From Octopus sinensis (taxonomy: Eukaryota): 64,000 bases of DNA. The DNA is taken from positions 46,996,001-47,060,000 of the forward strand of contig NC_043013.1 in assembly GCF_006345805.1 (NCBI RefSeq), in the 5' to 3' direction. The notes under the pieces were generated by a model that was not told the DNA's origin, did not search any database, and saw nothing but the letters and a program-made list of their open reading frames with translations. Below are positions 12,684 through 26,299 of the stretch, piece by piece. Made by a program: the position numbers and the translations under genes. Every line of letters begins with the position of its first letter. Positions within the stretch are counted from its first letter, which is position 1.

Positions 12684-12862
12684 TAATAATAATAATGATG
12701 ATGATGATAATAATAATAATAATAATCATAATAAAAATATAATACTAATAATAATAATAATAATAATAAGAAGAAGAAGAAGAAGACTTTCCGATGATGC
12801 CTTAATTGGCCAAAACGTCAAAGTCACTGTCAACAGTATTCTTGTTTATGAATAAACTTGTA

Positions 12863-12922
<60 letters not shown>

Positions 12923-12973
12923 GTGTGTGTGTGTATGTGTGTATATATATACATTACACATGCATAGATACAT

Positions 12974-13006
<33 letters not shown>

Positions 13007-13020
13007 AGTATATATATATG

Positions 13021-13090
<70 letters not shown>
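12455..13090. repeat. (AAT)n/(GAT)n, (CT)n and (TA)n microsatellite blocks
   Basis: Direct reading. Confidence 0.9.
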
Positions 13091-13093
<3 letters not shown>

Positions 13094-13140
13094 TTACATG
13101 CATGCACAAATACACATTTATATACTTGTGCTGTATTTAG

Positions 13141-13172
13141 AAGTGATGTATATTGAAATAGAAGAAGACCGG
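13141..13172 (+). CDS. Candidate 32-nt host microexon ([11 protein letters not shown])
   Basis: Acceptor TTGTGCTGTATTTAG and strong donor CGG|GTGAGT in unique sequence, with one open frame; no homology recognised. Confidence 0.25.
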
Positions 13173-13594
13173 GTGAGTATTTTGACACGCCATCTCATAG
13201 TTTGTTAACTGTTCCTCAGATAGGACAGCACGGCTTCCTTTTCCAATAAGTAGAACAAATCTGCTACTATACAAGGCAGTCATAAATTAAACTAACACCG
13301 AAATGTATTGCCTAACACTCATAATTGTGCTTCTGATAACCCGTCATTAATGAAACAATACCTACTTTAGTTCAACTGCATACCTCGGAGCTGAAATAAA
13401 TTTAGATATTAGAAAGCCTCATTTTGGGTTTAAAATGAATGTAAAAATATGATGTGCAGAAAAATGGAAGAAGAATTGTCACGAACCATTTAACGATTTG
13501 TTGACCTCTGCTCAGAGAAGATGTACTTGGCTTCCTTCCCCATCATTGCTATGGGTCAACTGTTATAAAACGCAGTTTTGAATAAAGCTAGCAC

Positions 13595-13770
13595 GGTGAT
13601 GGTGGTGGTAGTGGTGATGGTAGGGGTGGTGGTGGTGGTGGTGGTGGTAGTGGTGATGGTAGTGGTGGTGGAGGTGGTGGTGATGGTGGTGGTTGTGTTG
13701 GTGGAGGTGGTTGTGGTGGAGGTGGTGATGGTGGTTGTGGTGGTGGTGATTGTGGCAATGGTAGTGACGA
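13595..13770. repeat. (GGT)n compound microsatellite
   Basis: Direct reading. Confidence 0.9.
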
Positions 13771-14731
13771 TGGATAGCCAGATTTGTATATTTCTAAATA
13801 TAACAACTCTTTACTTGTTAAATAATATCTAGAAAAAAAAGATAACACCGAAGCAGTCCGTCAGGAGACTCCCTATCCTTTTTTCCCATTCATTAGTAAA
13901 GTAGAACGAATGTATTTACGTTCTTATTTAACACTTAGTAAGGGTTTATATTTTAATTTATTACAATTTTTTTTTGATTTACACTTTGCTCGGCAAAAGC
14001 ACATACTACCTAATTAGTGATGAACCATGAAAAGCGCAGTTTATGCAGATTAGGCAACTCACTACACATGCATAATGTGTATCTGTATGTTCCGGTTTGA
14101 GGAGAAAAAAATGTGAAGGCTGCAATATATTTCGCGGGTTATTTTAACTGTTTACATCGAATTCCTTATTTCTTACAATTCCAGTTTCTCGTAACTGCGA
14201 TCTTAAGGCGGAAACTATGTTCCTTTACATGTCCTTGTTCAGGTTATATGCATTAAAATGTCATGCTTTTTTCTTCTAGTTATTCTTCTCCTCACCTCGT
14301 CCAAATAGCGTTTTGTTATTTAGCATTTCATGATGCTGGAGAACTTGTAAGTAGGTATTCTCTTTTTTCTTAAGCTGTTTTCTGTTTTGTTAGTTGTGAT
14401 TCGGCGATATTGTGTGAAGGAATTTGTGTTTTATTTGCATTTTATTATAATGCAAAAACTAACCGCCGTTCATCCTTTCCTTTCCCCTATATTATCTACC
14501 ATAGCTAATATGCCGCAGGCTAATAGCAGTAATTTCTAATAATCCTATAATCCTTCCGTTCGCTTTGCAGTACCACTCCTCTCTATCAATAGAGATAAGA
14601 ATCTCAGTAACCTTCCAGTTAGATATTCTTTACAGAGCCATAGAGAAGCAGGTACTTTCAAGTGGGTTTGCTGAACGTACATAATCTGACCTGCATCAAT
14701 AAAGTGGCTATCATCACTGACTGTAAATATT

Positions 14732-15151
14732 TCTTTCTTTATTGTCCACAGGGGGCTAAACATAGAGAGAACAAACAAGGACAAAGTGCGTAACTGGTAC
14801 TTATTTAATCGATCCCGAGATGATGAAAGGCAAAGTCGACCTCGACGGAATTTGAACTAAGAACGTAACGGCTGACGAAATAGCGCTCGGCATTTCACCC
14901 GGCGTGCTAACGTTTCTTTTTTCTTTACTACCCACAAGGGGATAAACATAGAAGGGACAAACAAGGACAGACAAACGGATTAAGTCGATTACATCGATCC
15001 CAGTGCGTAACTGGTACTTAATTTATCGACTCCCAAAAGGATGAAAGGCAAAGTCGACCTCGGCGGAATTTGAACTCAGAACGTAGCGGCAGACGAAATA
15101 CCGCTTAGCATTTCACCCGGCGTGCTAACATTTCTGCCAGCTCGCTGCCTT
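14732..15151 (-). mobile_element. SINE family 1 head-to-tail dimer inside one 16-bp TSD
   Basis: ACTGACTGTAAATATT at 14716-14731 and 15152-15167 encloses two monomers. Confidence 0.85.
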
Positions 15152-15744
15152 ACTGACTGTAAATATTAGTGCAAGCCAAACCGAAGTTCGGATTCTCGTC
15201 TGCCAATTTGATATGCATACTATATCACGAAAATTATGTGGGTGGCTCCCGAAAGGCGAGTAACGACTCGGCGATTATGAGAATCTCAGCAACCTATCTC
15301 CGCATTTCGTACGGTTCAACAATTGAATCAACATGGTCAGTCATTTAAACCTGTTTGTCTTCTGTATTTCTGTTTGTTACGAACAACGGAACTGCATATT
15401 TCACAGAACACAACCAACAACACATTGCATTCGCACACAGAACTGTTCTTCCTTTGGGCTTGAATGAGTATTCCTTCACAGATTCTTTTTGCTATTCCCA
15501 TCCCAATAGTCTATGCCACTTCACTTATTCTTTTAACATATTGTTTCGTATGAGCGCCAGTTTTCTTATTGCCGTGTTGAGGCCGTGGTAGAACCTGAGG
15601 GTGGCTAGTTTGAGCAAACTTTTATCTACCAGGCATAATCTAGTTCAAATTTTTGGACGTTTTAGAATACTTTTATGTTTGGATGGGATAATGTTTTATT
15701 TTCCTATTATGCAAATTTAACCCAAACACCTTGTATACATGTTC

Positions 15745-15970
15745 CGAGGCATAAGTTCATAAGGCCGTTTCCTGGATCGTGTGGTGCCTATATCTATCGC
15801 CACCACTGGACGGAACACCAGTTTATCGCAGGATTACTCACTTCACCAACTGAGTGGACCAGAACAACGCAAAACGAAGTTTTTTTTGCGCAAGAACATA
15901 TCGCATCGCCCGATCCAAGAATTGAAACCACTAGCTTACGTTCACGAATGCCTTACGCTAACCACTAATC
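15745..15970 (-). mobile_element. Older tRNA-derived SINE (distinct family)
   Basis: Minus strand TTAGTGGTTAGCGTAAGG...GGTTTCAATTCTTGG head followed by a GTCCACTCAG...TGAGTAA core. Confidence 0.55.
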
Positions 15971-16010
15971 TACCTACCTCCACACACACACATACACACA
16001 CATACGTAAG

Positions 16011-16042
<32 letters not shown>

Positions 16043-16044
16043 GA

Positions 16045-16281
16045 TGAGTGTATTTTTACCTTGTTAACAATTAACACGGAAAAAATAAATAAATCGCTAT
16101 ACAAATCTATCATTTTTTGCTAAAATGTCTTATTGACGTGTTTCGTTATTTTTCACTTTCCTGGGGAGAAGATTGCATTGTTTATACCATTTATTCTTTT
16201 GAATAGTATCAGTGGAATTTTCGAAACATGTGTCGAAAGTAAAAATATTTGATTACACCTGCGTTAAACTCCATTTATTTA

Positions 16282-16290
<9 letters not shown>
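16045..16290 (+). mobile_element. Short repeat family B (pLTR/retrozyme-like) between (TA)n tracts
   Basis: Homologous to 23030-23240 (CCTTGTTAACAATTAACACGGAAAAA...ACACCTGCGTTAA); contains a hammerhead fold. Confidence 0.65.
16155..16240 (+). ncRNA. Type I hammerhead-like motif (family B)
   Basis: ACTTTC CTGGGGA GAAGATT...AATTTTC GAAA C ATGT GTC GAAAGT: 6-bp helix I, long helix II closed by G-C, palindromic ACATGT helix III, GUC site; one core change (A6 to G). Confidence 0.65.
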
Positions 16291-16354
<64 letters not shown>

Positions 16355-17315
16355 CATATACATGTGTGTTTGTGTGTGTTTGCGAGTGTGTTGTGTGTAC
16401 ACGCATATATATATATATATATGTAATATATAAAGAGAGAAAGAGAGAATCAAAGAGAGAGAGATAGACAAAGACAGACAGACAGATAAGATCTCAATAT
16501 AAGTTATGAAATCGTCGAGCTACAACGGCAACGTCGAACTTCCCAGCATTTTATTTTTATGATTTTTTTTCTAGTGTAGGCCGTCTCTGTATTTATTTTA
16601 CTTTTGCTTTGTGTTGCATCACAATCATTAGTCCCATAATCAGTTTGCTATTTCATGTGGCTTTCTGTTCACTAGGGCTCTTCAGTCGATTCATGCTTTG
16701 TGTTGTATGATATAATCCATTGAAATTGCTCCTTATATAGGAACGGTGAACTAACGGACCAGCATTTCATTTCTATGATATATATAACCGTTGGAAAATG
16801 AAATTACATGTTTCACGTTTGCATTCGACTTCTTACATATTTCACGTCTGAATTCAACTTTCGACTTAATTGCTAATGACTCTTCTGGTCATTAGCAGTT
16901 AGTTTGCAGGTTTACTTCCTATGAACTGTGTTTTGCTTAAAAAATGTCCTAAACGTCTGTGGTTTTTTAAAAGTATATCGTTAATTTTGGTTAATGGTTT
17001 GGTCTAATGTAATTTGATTTAATGTAAATGGTTTTTTAAATGTATTCCGCTATCCTATAGTTAACAGGCATTTGATCAGTATAACAGTTTCTGTGAACTT
17101 TATATATTTTTAGTAATTTTTTTAACTGTGTTTTTTAATAAATTTCTTGTTGTGTTGTTATTCCTGTATCACTCATTGGCTTTCTCAATAATTTTGATTG
17201 TATAGACGTTGTTGATGATTATTTAAAATATAGTATTGCTTTTGTAGAAGAAAATCTAAATATTTTCTATACAAGGATTTTACTAGCCATTCAGTGTATA
17301 TATTAAACAATTCTA

Positions 17316-17348
<33 letters not shown>

Positions 17349-17903
17349 GAGTGAGAGAGCAGTTCATGCCATCAAAGTGATACTGGGGTAAAATATACGA
17401 AGCCCAATATACCCATCATGACTACCCGTCTGATAAAGGTACACCAGGCACATGCATCACAACCATATGTGCGCGACATGGTGATCTCATATCAAGATAA
17501 ACAGCACATGACCTTGCAGGTGGGGCCCAGTTAGAATTTTCTTCAGGTTGAGTAGCCCATCCCGCTCAAAAGTTCCCTGAATAAGGGTTGTTTAAGGATG
17601 TTGAAAGAACCACCCATGTTTCCAGAGGTGAATTATTTAAACCCCAAAGAGTCCCTCTCAACACATGGCTATGATGCTCCCCCACTACTTCTGCTCGTGA
17701 TCAGAGATGCAAATATCGTCAGCCACTAAGGGACATGCTCAAATGGTTATGGTCAAACAACTGACAAGCAAATCTGTGGTATTGATCAGAATATTTGCTG
17801 TAGCCCATCTTTTATACGAAGACAAAACAATGTACATGATAACACTTCCAATCAGTTAAGATCAGAAGCCATGAGAGCCACTGCCCGGTACTGCATCAGA
17901 GCA
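17349..17903 (+). mobile_element. ~550-bp non-coding interspersed element embedded in (ATT)n (orientation arbitrary)
   Basis: Near-identical inverted copy at 32416-32963; partial copies at 28841-29098 and 58100-58275. Confidence 0.85.
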
Positions 17904-17904
17904 G

Positions 17905-17948
17905 TTATTATTATTATTATTATTATTATTAGTATTAGTATTAGTATT

Positions 17949-17990
<42 letters not shown>

Positions 17991-18000
17991 GTTGTTGTTG

Positions 18001-18031
<31 letters not shown>

Positions 18032-18268
18032 GTTCTTTCCTTCTTTCTTCAAATTTTCTTCCGTTTCTCGCCGAGTGTTTTCCATACACCTAGGGCAGAG
18101 AAGCTCATTGTATGCATTCCCAGATTACACGCGCAAATTCAGAGAAAATTTAATAATCTTATCAGATTCTTTCGCCGCTCTATTGTGATCGCAAGGAATA
18201 CTCATGTCAATTAATAAACATCCTTTTTGTCTGATCTTTTATAATAATATCTTCTTCTTCTTCTTCTT

Positions 18269-18299
<31 letters not shown>

Positions 18300-18320
18300 T
18301 TATTATTATTATTATTATTA

Positions 18321-18366
<46 letters not shown>

Positions 18367-18373
18367 TATTATT

Positions 18374-18449
<76 letters not shown>

Positions 18450-18466
18450 CATTATTATTATTATTT

Positions 18467-18500
<34 letters not shown>

Positions 18501-18506
18501 TATTAA
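17905..18506. repeat. (ATT)n, (TTC)n, (TTG)n microsatellite blocks
   Basis: Direct reading. Confidence 0.9.
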
Positions 18507-19462
18507 ACATTATTGGGAATAGTCTAATAACATTTTGTGTAATATAGAGATATAATCAATTTATTGCACAATTTATTGCACGATAAAATGTTATGTTGAC
18601 CCCCAAGGGTCACATGGACCCCTGTTGGAAACCAATGATCTACAGAATTTTCCCCCTGAATTTGTCGTCAGAAAAAATAAGGCACAATCATAAATTAAGC
18701 AGCCAGACAGTATATAGTAATCGCAAAATAAGTAGAAACAGTTGACTAGTGTCACATCTAGAACACTTCATACTGTAAATGTGACAACAAAAATCTAACA
18801 TAGACACGTTGATTATGGATTTAGAGACCTTACTCTTCTAAAGAGACGTGGCACATAAAAAATATGAAAAGGTCTTTATAAAAAGATAATACTAGAACAG
18901 TCGTATTTAACATACATATTTGAAACTAGATTTGTCTCGTTTTATATTCTTATGTAAAACTGTAGGATAAAATAATGGAAAGGAAAACAATAAAATGTGC
19001 GGCAGAACTCCGGAAGAAACTGATGAAAGTATAGAGATGCATACGACAACTCAGAATCTGAACAACACACAAACGGAAATTCTATAGATAAAGAAAGATC
19101 AATAAATTAATAAGAAAATGTGTTATACAATATATATGTGTATATATATATATATATATGAAGTAGTTGATGTTATACAAATATCAAATTCACAATGAAT
19201 TTGATACAGGAATAAGACACATGTCCAGTGGCATGCATTTTGAACAACAAAGATGAACAAATGGGTAAGTAAATGAGGAAATTCTGATTTATAGAATTTA
19301 TCTACGATTAAAATGAAGGCTCAGCAATCGCCTGGTGTCATTTGCAACCAACTTCAAATGAGAAAGGGAGATAATCTTAAGAACCAAGTGCTACATCCCC
19401 CGTTAATGCATACACATACGTCAGACAACATCACACACAGCACACACACACACACACACACA

Positions 19463-19514
<52 letters not shown>

Positions 19515-19556
19515 CACATGCAAGCGCACTTACACCCATATACACGCATGAACACA

Positions 19557-19613
<57 letters not shown>

Positions 19614-19614
<1 letters not shown>

Positions 19615-19830
19615 GCGGCGAGCTGGCAGAAACGTTAGCACGCCGGGCGAAATGCTTAGTGGTATTTCGTCTGCCGTTACGTTCCGAGTTCAAATTCCGC
19701 CGGGGTCGACTTTGCCTTTCATCCTTCCGGGGTCGATAAATTAAGTACCAGTTACGCAATCGACTTAATACCTTTGTCTGTCCTTGTTTGTCTCCTCTGT
19801 GTTTAGCCCCTTGTGGGTAGTAAAGAAATA
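19614..19830 (+). mobile_element. Full-length SINE family 1
   Basis: GGCGGCGAGCTGGCAGAAACG...GTGGGTAGTAAAGAAATA. Confidence 0.9.
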
Positions 19831-20124
19831 TATATATATACATATCAAATGGATACACAAACACAATATATAACAGTCCCACATACACGCACCGACTGCA
19901 CAACAGCGAGATGGACACTCGCTCACATAGATACACACGCATACGCACACAATGTATAAGCACATAATACATTCGCATATAACAGTGTCATGCACTCGTG
20001 TTCGACTGCCTAAAAACTATACAAGAACATACACGCACGCTCACACGCTATTCACAAACAGTACACACGCACATATTACCTGCTACACACGCGCGCGTCC
20101 ACACACGCACACACACACACACAC

Positions 20125-20715
20125 TGGCACTCCGTCGGTAACGCCGACGAGGGTGCCAGTTGATCCGATCACTGGAACAGCCCGCTCGTGAAATTAACGT
20201 CCATAGACCCGCATACCTATTTCTTAACTACCCACACAAGGGGCTACACACAGAGAGGACAAACAAGGACAGACAAACGGATTAAGTCGATTACATCGAC
20301 CCCAGTGCGTAACTGGTACTTAATTTATCGACCCCAAAAGGATGAAAGGCAAGGTCGACCTTGGCGGAATTTGAACTCAGAAATTAACGGCAGCCGAAAT
20401 ACCTATTTCTTTATTACCCACAAGGGGCTAAACATAGAGGGGACAAACAAGGACAGACATAGGTATTAAGTCGATTACATCGACCCCAGTGCCTAACTGG
20501 TACTTAATTTATCGACCCCGAAGGGATGAAAGGCAAAGACGACCTCGGCGGAATTTGAACTCAGAACGTAACGGCAGCCGAAATACCGCTAAGCATTTCT
20601 CCTGGTTTGCTAACGATTCTGCCAGCTCGCCACCCATACCCTTAACGTAATTGTCAGGGAGATTCGTGACACAGAAGGTGACAAGACTGGTCCTTTGAAC
20701 TACAGGTACTGCTCA
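20125..20715 (-). mobile_element. SINE family 3 tail interrupted by a SINE family 1 dimer (20218-20634)
   Basis: Flanks match the reverse complement of the 23516-23885 tail; CATACC is duplicated at 20212-20217 and 20635-20640. Confidence 0.75.
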
Positions 20716-20862
20716 ATATTGCGTGCTGAGAGAACGGGAGAAACAGGAAATGAAGCGTTTTGTTCAAGGACACAACGTGCTTCCGGGAATCGAATCAAAC
20801 CACGTTCCTTTACACAAACACACACACACGCATACACACACGCCTAGTGTCACACACATACC

Positions 20863-21272
20863 GGCGCAGGAGTGGCTGTGTGGTAAGTAGCTTGTTTACC
20901 AACCACATGGTTCCGGGTTCAGTCCCGCTGCATGGCACCTTGGGCAAGTGTCTTCTACTATAGCCTCGGGCCGACCAATGCCTTGTGAGTGGAATTGGTT
21001 GACGGAAACTGAAAGAAGCCCGTCGTATATATGTATATATATATGTATGTGTGTGTATATGTTTGTGTGTCTGTGTTTGTCCCCTCTAGCATTGCTTGAC
21101 AACCGATGCTGGTGTGTTTACGCCCCCGTCACTTAGCGGTTCGGCAAAAGAGACCGATAGAATAAGTACTGGGCTTACAAAGAATAAGTCCCGGGGTCGA
21201 TTTGCTCGACTAAAGGCGGTGCTCCAGTATGGCCGCAGTCAAATGACTGAAACAAGTAAAAGAGTAAAGAGT
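20863..21272 (+). mobile_element. Full-length SINE family 2 (tRNA head, CCTTGGGCAAG core, internal microsatellite)
   Basis: GGCGCAGGAGTGGCTGTGTGGT...GGTTCAGTCCC...CACCTTGGGCAAGTGTCTT...GAAACAAGTAAAAGAGTAAA. Confidence 0.9.
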
Positions 21273-21401
21273 ATATCTAAAATGCATTGAAAGAAAAGCA
21301 AAGACACGGAAAATTTATCGGACTGAAATATTTACAGAAAATGAGCGCATATCTGAGTATGGCGAAAGTTTTGCAGGAAGTTATCTCATTTTCAGTTTGT
21401 C

Positions 21402-21446
<45 letters not shown>

Positions 21447-21641
21447 TGTCTGTCTCTGTGTGTGTGTCTGAGTGTGTATGTGTCTGTGACGTGCGCACTC
21501 CAGCCGGATGGATGCAGGTAAACTGTCAAATGGATGCAAGTAACTCGGCGAGTGAAGTGGTATCAACGGAAATTGTGGAAGCTTGTCGAATGAGTTTTAC
21601 CAGCAATGTCACCGAGTAAGACGGCCTCGTTTTCAATTATA

Positions 21642-22035
21642 CTAGTAGTATCGCCCGGCGTTGCTCCGGTTTGTAAGGGAAATAACTATAAAGCATTTTT
21701 AGAGAGTTATAGCCCAAAAATAGCAAAAAATGCATTAAAAATGGAAAAAAAATTATGGTAATTTTTTTTTAAATCGTTGACTCATCGTAGACACTTTTAG
21801 AGAGTTACTTCCCTTACATTAAAAAAAAATATGCATTAAAATGGAAAAAAATGATGGTAAATTATTTTAAAAATTGTAGACTCATCGTAGACGCGCGCTA
21901 ATACGCAGAAGGGCTTGATATGAATCACGACTATAAGATACCTGGTTTTGGTTAAACTGCACCGCAAAATGTGGAAGTAGTTAGGAATCTAAATCGTAGT
22001 AGACAGACACACAACCTCTCTTTTATATATAAAGA
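21642..22035 (-). mobile_element. Non-autonomous Helitron, copy 1
   Basis: Minus strand starts TC and ends CTAG after a GC-rich subterminal motif (GCAACGCCGGGCGA), inserted between A and T; internal ~115-bp duplication; second copy at 44342-44741. Confidence 0.8.
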
Positions 22036-22529
22036 TATACGTATTTGAGAAACAAGGAGTATAGAAAACTATAACTTGAAATATCTTATAGTAAAACGCA
22101 TTTCAAGAAGTTATGTTTATTTCAACGATATTTTTGTTGCTTTGTTCGACAGACCGTTGCTTTAGAGGAAAGATATAGCATATGTCCTTTATGATACTAT
22201 ACAAGTAACGCTCAAATGATCACTGAAACACTAGACATACACCATTCAAATCACCCTCATAATATTATTACTAGCAACACTCAACTCATCACTTAGCCTA
22301 GTTCTTTTGTCTGGTTCGATAATATTTAGTGTTGTGAACAATGTTTGACATGAGAAAATTTCAGATGTTCTAAAATTTCTAGGATTGCGATCCCTTTTTT
22401 CTTCCATAATACTTTCTGAATGTTCCTTCACATTCTTCTACATTCACGTTTAGTTTCTTCTAAATTTGCTCTAAGTGTAATGACTTTTCGGTTTCAAATA
22501 GAATTAGTTTAGAGTTTCTAGGCCTCTTT

Positions 22530-22945
22530 GACTTCCAACACTGCCAGACAGATGGATTGGACGGTCTGGGCGAGATGATCGCGTTTTCATGCCTTGGCCT
22601 CCCAAGTCTCCAGAACTCACACACTGCGATTTCTCTTTGTGGACGTTTGTGAAAGGACCGGTCTATGTGCCTCCCCTTCCAAAAGACGTGGATGAACTGA
22701 AGGCTCGAATAACGAAAGCTGTTGCAACCATCGACAACGCAATGCTGGAACGCGTTTGGCAAGAATTGGACTATCGGCTTGATGTGTGCCGTGTGACCAA
22801 CGGTGCTCACAATGAACATCTTTGAACATTCCATAAAAAAGTTGAAATTGCAGGCCTTCAGAATATATCAGATGCGTTTTTATGTCCTCAATAGTTTTCG
22901 AGGTATTCAATGTCAAAATATGTCCAAGACTTTTGGAACACCCTG
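22530..22945 (+). mobile_element. Tc1/mariner transposase 3' end with right TIR
   Basis: RWIGR...WPPKSPELTHCDFSLWTFVKGPVY...ELKARI...CRVTNGAHNEHL; TIR end GGAACACCCTG followed by TA. Confidence 0.85.
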
Positions 22946-22953
22946 TATATATA

Positions 22954-23028
<75 letters not shown>

Positions 23029-23029
23029 T

Positions 23030-23235
23030 GTGCGTATTTTTCCCTTGTTAACAATTAACACGGAAAAATAGATAAATAGTTGCCAGGGTAGCAAAAAATC
23101 ACACAAGTTTCGTATCTTCATTTCCCTGCAGGGATTACGTTGTTTTACACCATTTTATTCATTAGAATAATACCAGTGATATCTTCGAAACATGTGTCGG
23201 AAGTAAAAGAATTTGAATAACACCTGCGTTTAACT

Positions 23236-23240
<5 letters not shown>
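23030..23240 (+). mobile_element. Short repeat family B, copy 2, with degenerate hammerhead (23120-23204)
   Basis: ATTTCC ctgcagg ... TTC GAAA C ATGT GTC GGAAGT. Confidence 0.6.
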
Positions 23241-23278
<38 letters not shown>

Positions 23279-23427
23279 ATTTATTTGTATATGAAAATTA
23301 AAACTATTTTATTTTAAATATTTGGATGGAACCTTTCTCCAATTTTCATATGCACACTGTATATTTTTTGCACGGTGGTCTCTGGAACGTATCCCCCGTG
23401 CAAAAAATTTTTGACTTTCTGTACACG

Positions 23428-23466
<39 letters not shown>

Positions 23467-23515
23467 ACACACTCACACACACACACACACACATACGAAA
23501 GTGTATGTGTGTGTG

Positions 23516-23885
23516 GAGGCGCAATGGCTCAGTGGTTAGGGGAGCGGATTCACGGTCAAAGGATTGCGGTTTCTATTCCCAGAACAGGCGTTGTGAGTGT
23601 TTATTGAGCGAAAATACCTAAAGCTCCACGAAGCTCTGGCAGGGGATGGTGGCAAAGCCTGTCACACTCTTTCACCACAAATTTCTCTTACTCTTTCTGT
23701 TGTACCTATTTTTCAAAGAGCCAGCCTCGTCACACTCTGTGTCACGCTGAATCTCCCTGAGAACTACGTTAAAGGTACACGTGTCTGTGGAGTGCTCAGC
23801 CACTTGCACGTTAATTTCACGAGCAGGCCGTTACATTGATTGGATGAACTGGAACCCTCGTCGTCGTAACCGACGGAGTACCACG
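23516..23885 (+). mobile_element. SINE family 3 (tRNA-derived head)
   Basis: GGAGGCGCAATGGCTCAGTGGTTAGG A-box-like and GGTTTCTATTCCC B-box-like motifs; tail shared with 20125-20715 and 26655-26835. Confidence 0.75.
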
Positions 23886-23914
23886 CCGATATATATATAT
23901 ACATACATACATAC

Positions 23915-23969
<55 letters not shown>

Positions 23970-24639
23970 GTGTGTGTGTGTATGTAAGCACATTCATTCA
24001 TACATTCATACATATTTGTGTGAGCGCGTGCGCGCGTGCGCGCGTGCGTATGCAATGTATGTGTTTGTGCGAGTGTGTGTGTTTATATATGTCTCCCTAG
24101 ACTTTTATAAACATACAAATGCATTTATTTCAATGACGTAACGCGATATGTTTCAATACTAGGTCTCGGCTTCTGTTGAATTAATTGGTGTTATTTTTAA
24201 TTAAGTTCATTTGTAAAGCCAAACCAACCTATGGCAGAAAGCGTGTTTCGATGTAAAGCAGAGAGAATGTGACGCAGCACGTGTCCTTGCGTGAGCGAAT
24301 GTATATATGCGTGTCTACATGCGTGAATATAAATCATGTATGTATGTATGTATGTAAGTATGTAAGTATGTATGTATGTATATGAGTATGTATGTATGCA
24401 CACACACACACTCATACATACACACAGACCTCGATACACAAACGCATTCAGGGGCGTAGCACATTCGTATACATACATACATACATATATATACCAGCCG
24501 CATCTATGTATATATAAGTTTTCTTTGAAAATTAAATTGAAATCAAAATATGTAGCGTTAGTCACACATGCTGTCTCGTAGAAGACTCGATTTCAGCACG
24601 AATTATAAATGAACTGTCTTACAATTAGACTCTGTCTGC

Positions 24640-24769
24640 CTGTCTGTCTATCTCTCTCTCTCTGTCTATCTCTCTCTCTCTGTCTATCTCTCTCTCTGTG
24701 TCTATCTCTCTATCTATCTCTCTATTATCTATCTATCTATCTCTCTCTCTCTATCTCTCTATCTATCTC

Positions 24770-24804
<35 letters not shown>

Positions 24805-24943
24805 ATAATCTATCTATCTGTCAGTCTGTCTGCCTATGTATGTATGTATGTATGTATGTATGTATGTATGTATGTATGTATGTTTGTATGTATGTATGTA
24901 TGTTTGTATCTTTCTATATATCTATCTATTTATATATCTATCC

Positions 24944-25023
<80 letters not shown>

Positions 25024-25792
25024 GCAAATATACTTACACGCACGCATATGTATGAAGATATATGTATGTCACGGAGATATATGATATAAATATTTGTATG
25101 TTTAATATATATGATATGATTATTTATATACACACATATGATATATTTATGGCCTGATGTATGTCTACATATTTATAAACAAGCTTATATTTCATTCAAC
25201 TACACGTACATATATATATATATATACATACATACATACACATATATATACATGCGTATATATATATATACATGTACGCACACACACGTGTGTATACATA
25301 CACACACACATACATGCAATATGGAGACCAGCCTGTCTTCATATTACTTACCACCACACAATGTCGTTGTCTTCCTGTATATTAGAGATCCTTGTTAGCC
25401 TTCAGCTAGGCTCCCCTAAACACCGCCCTTGTTGTTTAGCTATGATCTTAGATAAGTAGTTTTTGGACTCGATCAATACTGACCTCACTCTACTGGATCA
25501 GCCATTCCCTAACATGGCTACTACTACTACTACCACCACCTTACCTTCCTCACTACCACAATCCTATCGGCAGAACCACCTTCACTTCAGCGCTTTTTCT
25601 TATTTCCTTCTCTATTCTCATCTTTCTTTCTTTCATCTCCCTTTTATTTCTCTTTCTCTTTCATCTTTCTCTGAATTTCTTTTCTCTTCTTTTTTTCAGT
25701 TCATCTTTCTTTCTTTCTGTATTTCTTTCACTTTCCTTCCTTCCCCCTTTATTTCTTTCTGTCTTTCTTTCACTTTCCTTCCTTCCTTCCCC

Positions 25793-25843
<51 letters not shown>

Positions 25844-26050
25844 TCCTTCCTTCCTTCCACTTTTGTTTGTTTGTTTCTTTCTTTCTGTCTTACTTTCTCT
25901 CCTTCTCTCTCTGTCCCTTCCTTTCTCCTTCCATTTTCTGTTGTTTTCTCTTCTTTTCCTTTTACTTTCCCTCCGCCTTTTCTTCCTTTCTCCCTTTCTT
26001 TTATCCTTCCTTCCTTCCTGCTTTCTTCCTTCCTTTCTTTCTTTCTTTCT

Positions 26051-26089
<39 letters not shown>

Positions 26090-26290
26090 CTCCCTTCTCT
26101 ACTTTTCTTTCTTATGATCTTTCATTCTCTGTTAATTTTCCTCCTCATTTTTCTTTCTTTCTCTTTCCTTCCTTTCTGTTATCATTCATTCTCCTCCCTT
26201 TTTCTCTTTCTTCCTTTACTTCATTCATACATTCTCTTTCTCCTCTTTCATTATTTCTGTCATTTTTCTTTCCTTTTCCTATTGATTTCT
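24640..26290. repeat. (CT)n, (TATC)n, (TATG)n, (TA)n and a long (CTTT/CCTT)n pyrimidine tract
   Basis: Direct reading; explains the F/L/S-rich 287-aa ORF. Confidence 0.9.
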
Positions 26291-26299
26291 TTTTGCCTT

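Noticed and set aside
23360-23423. Possible Tigger/pogo-like transposon end with a small hairpin
   Set aside because: Too short and degenerate; no partner TIR found.
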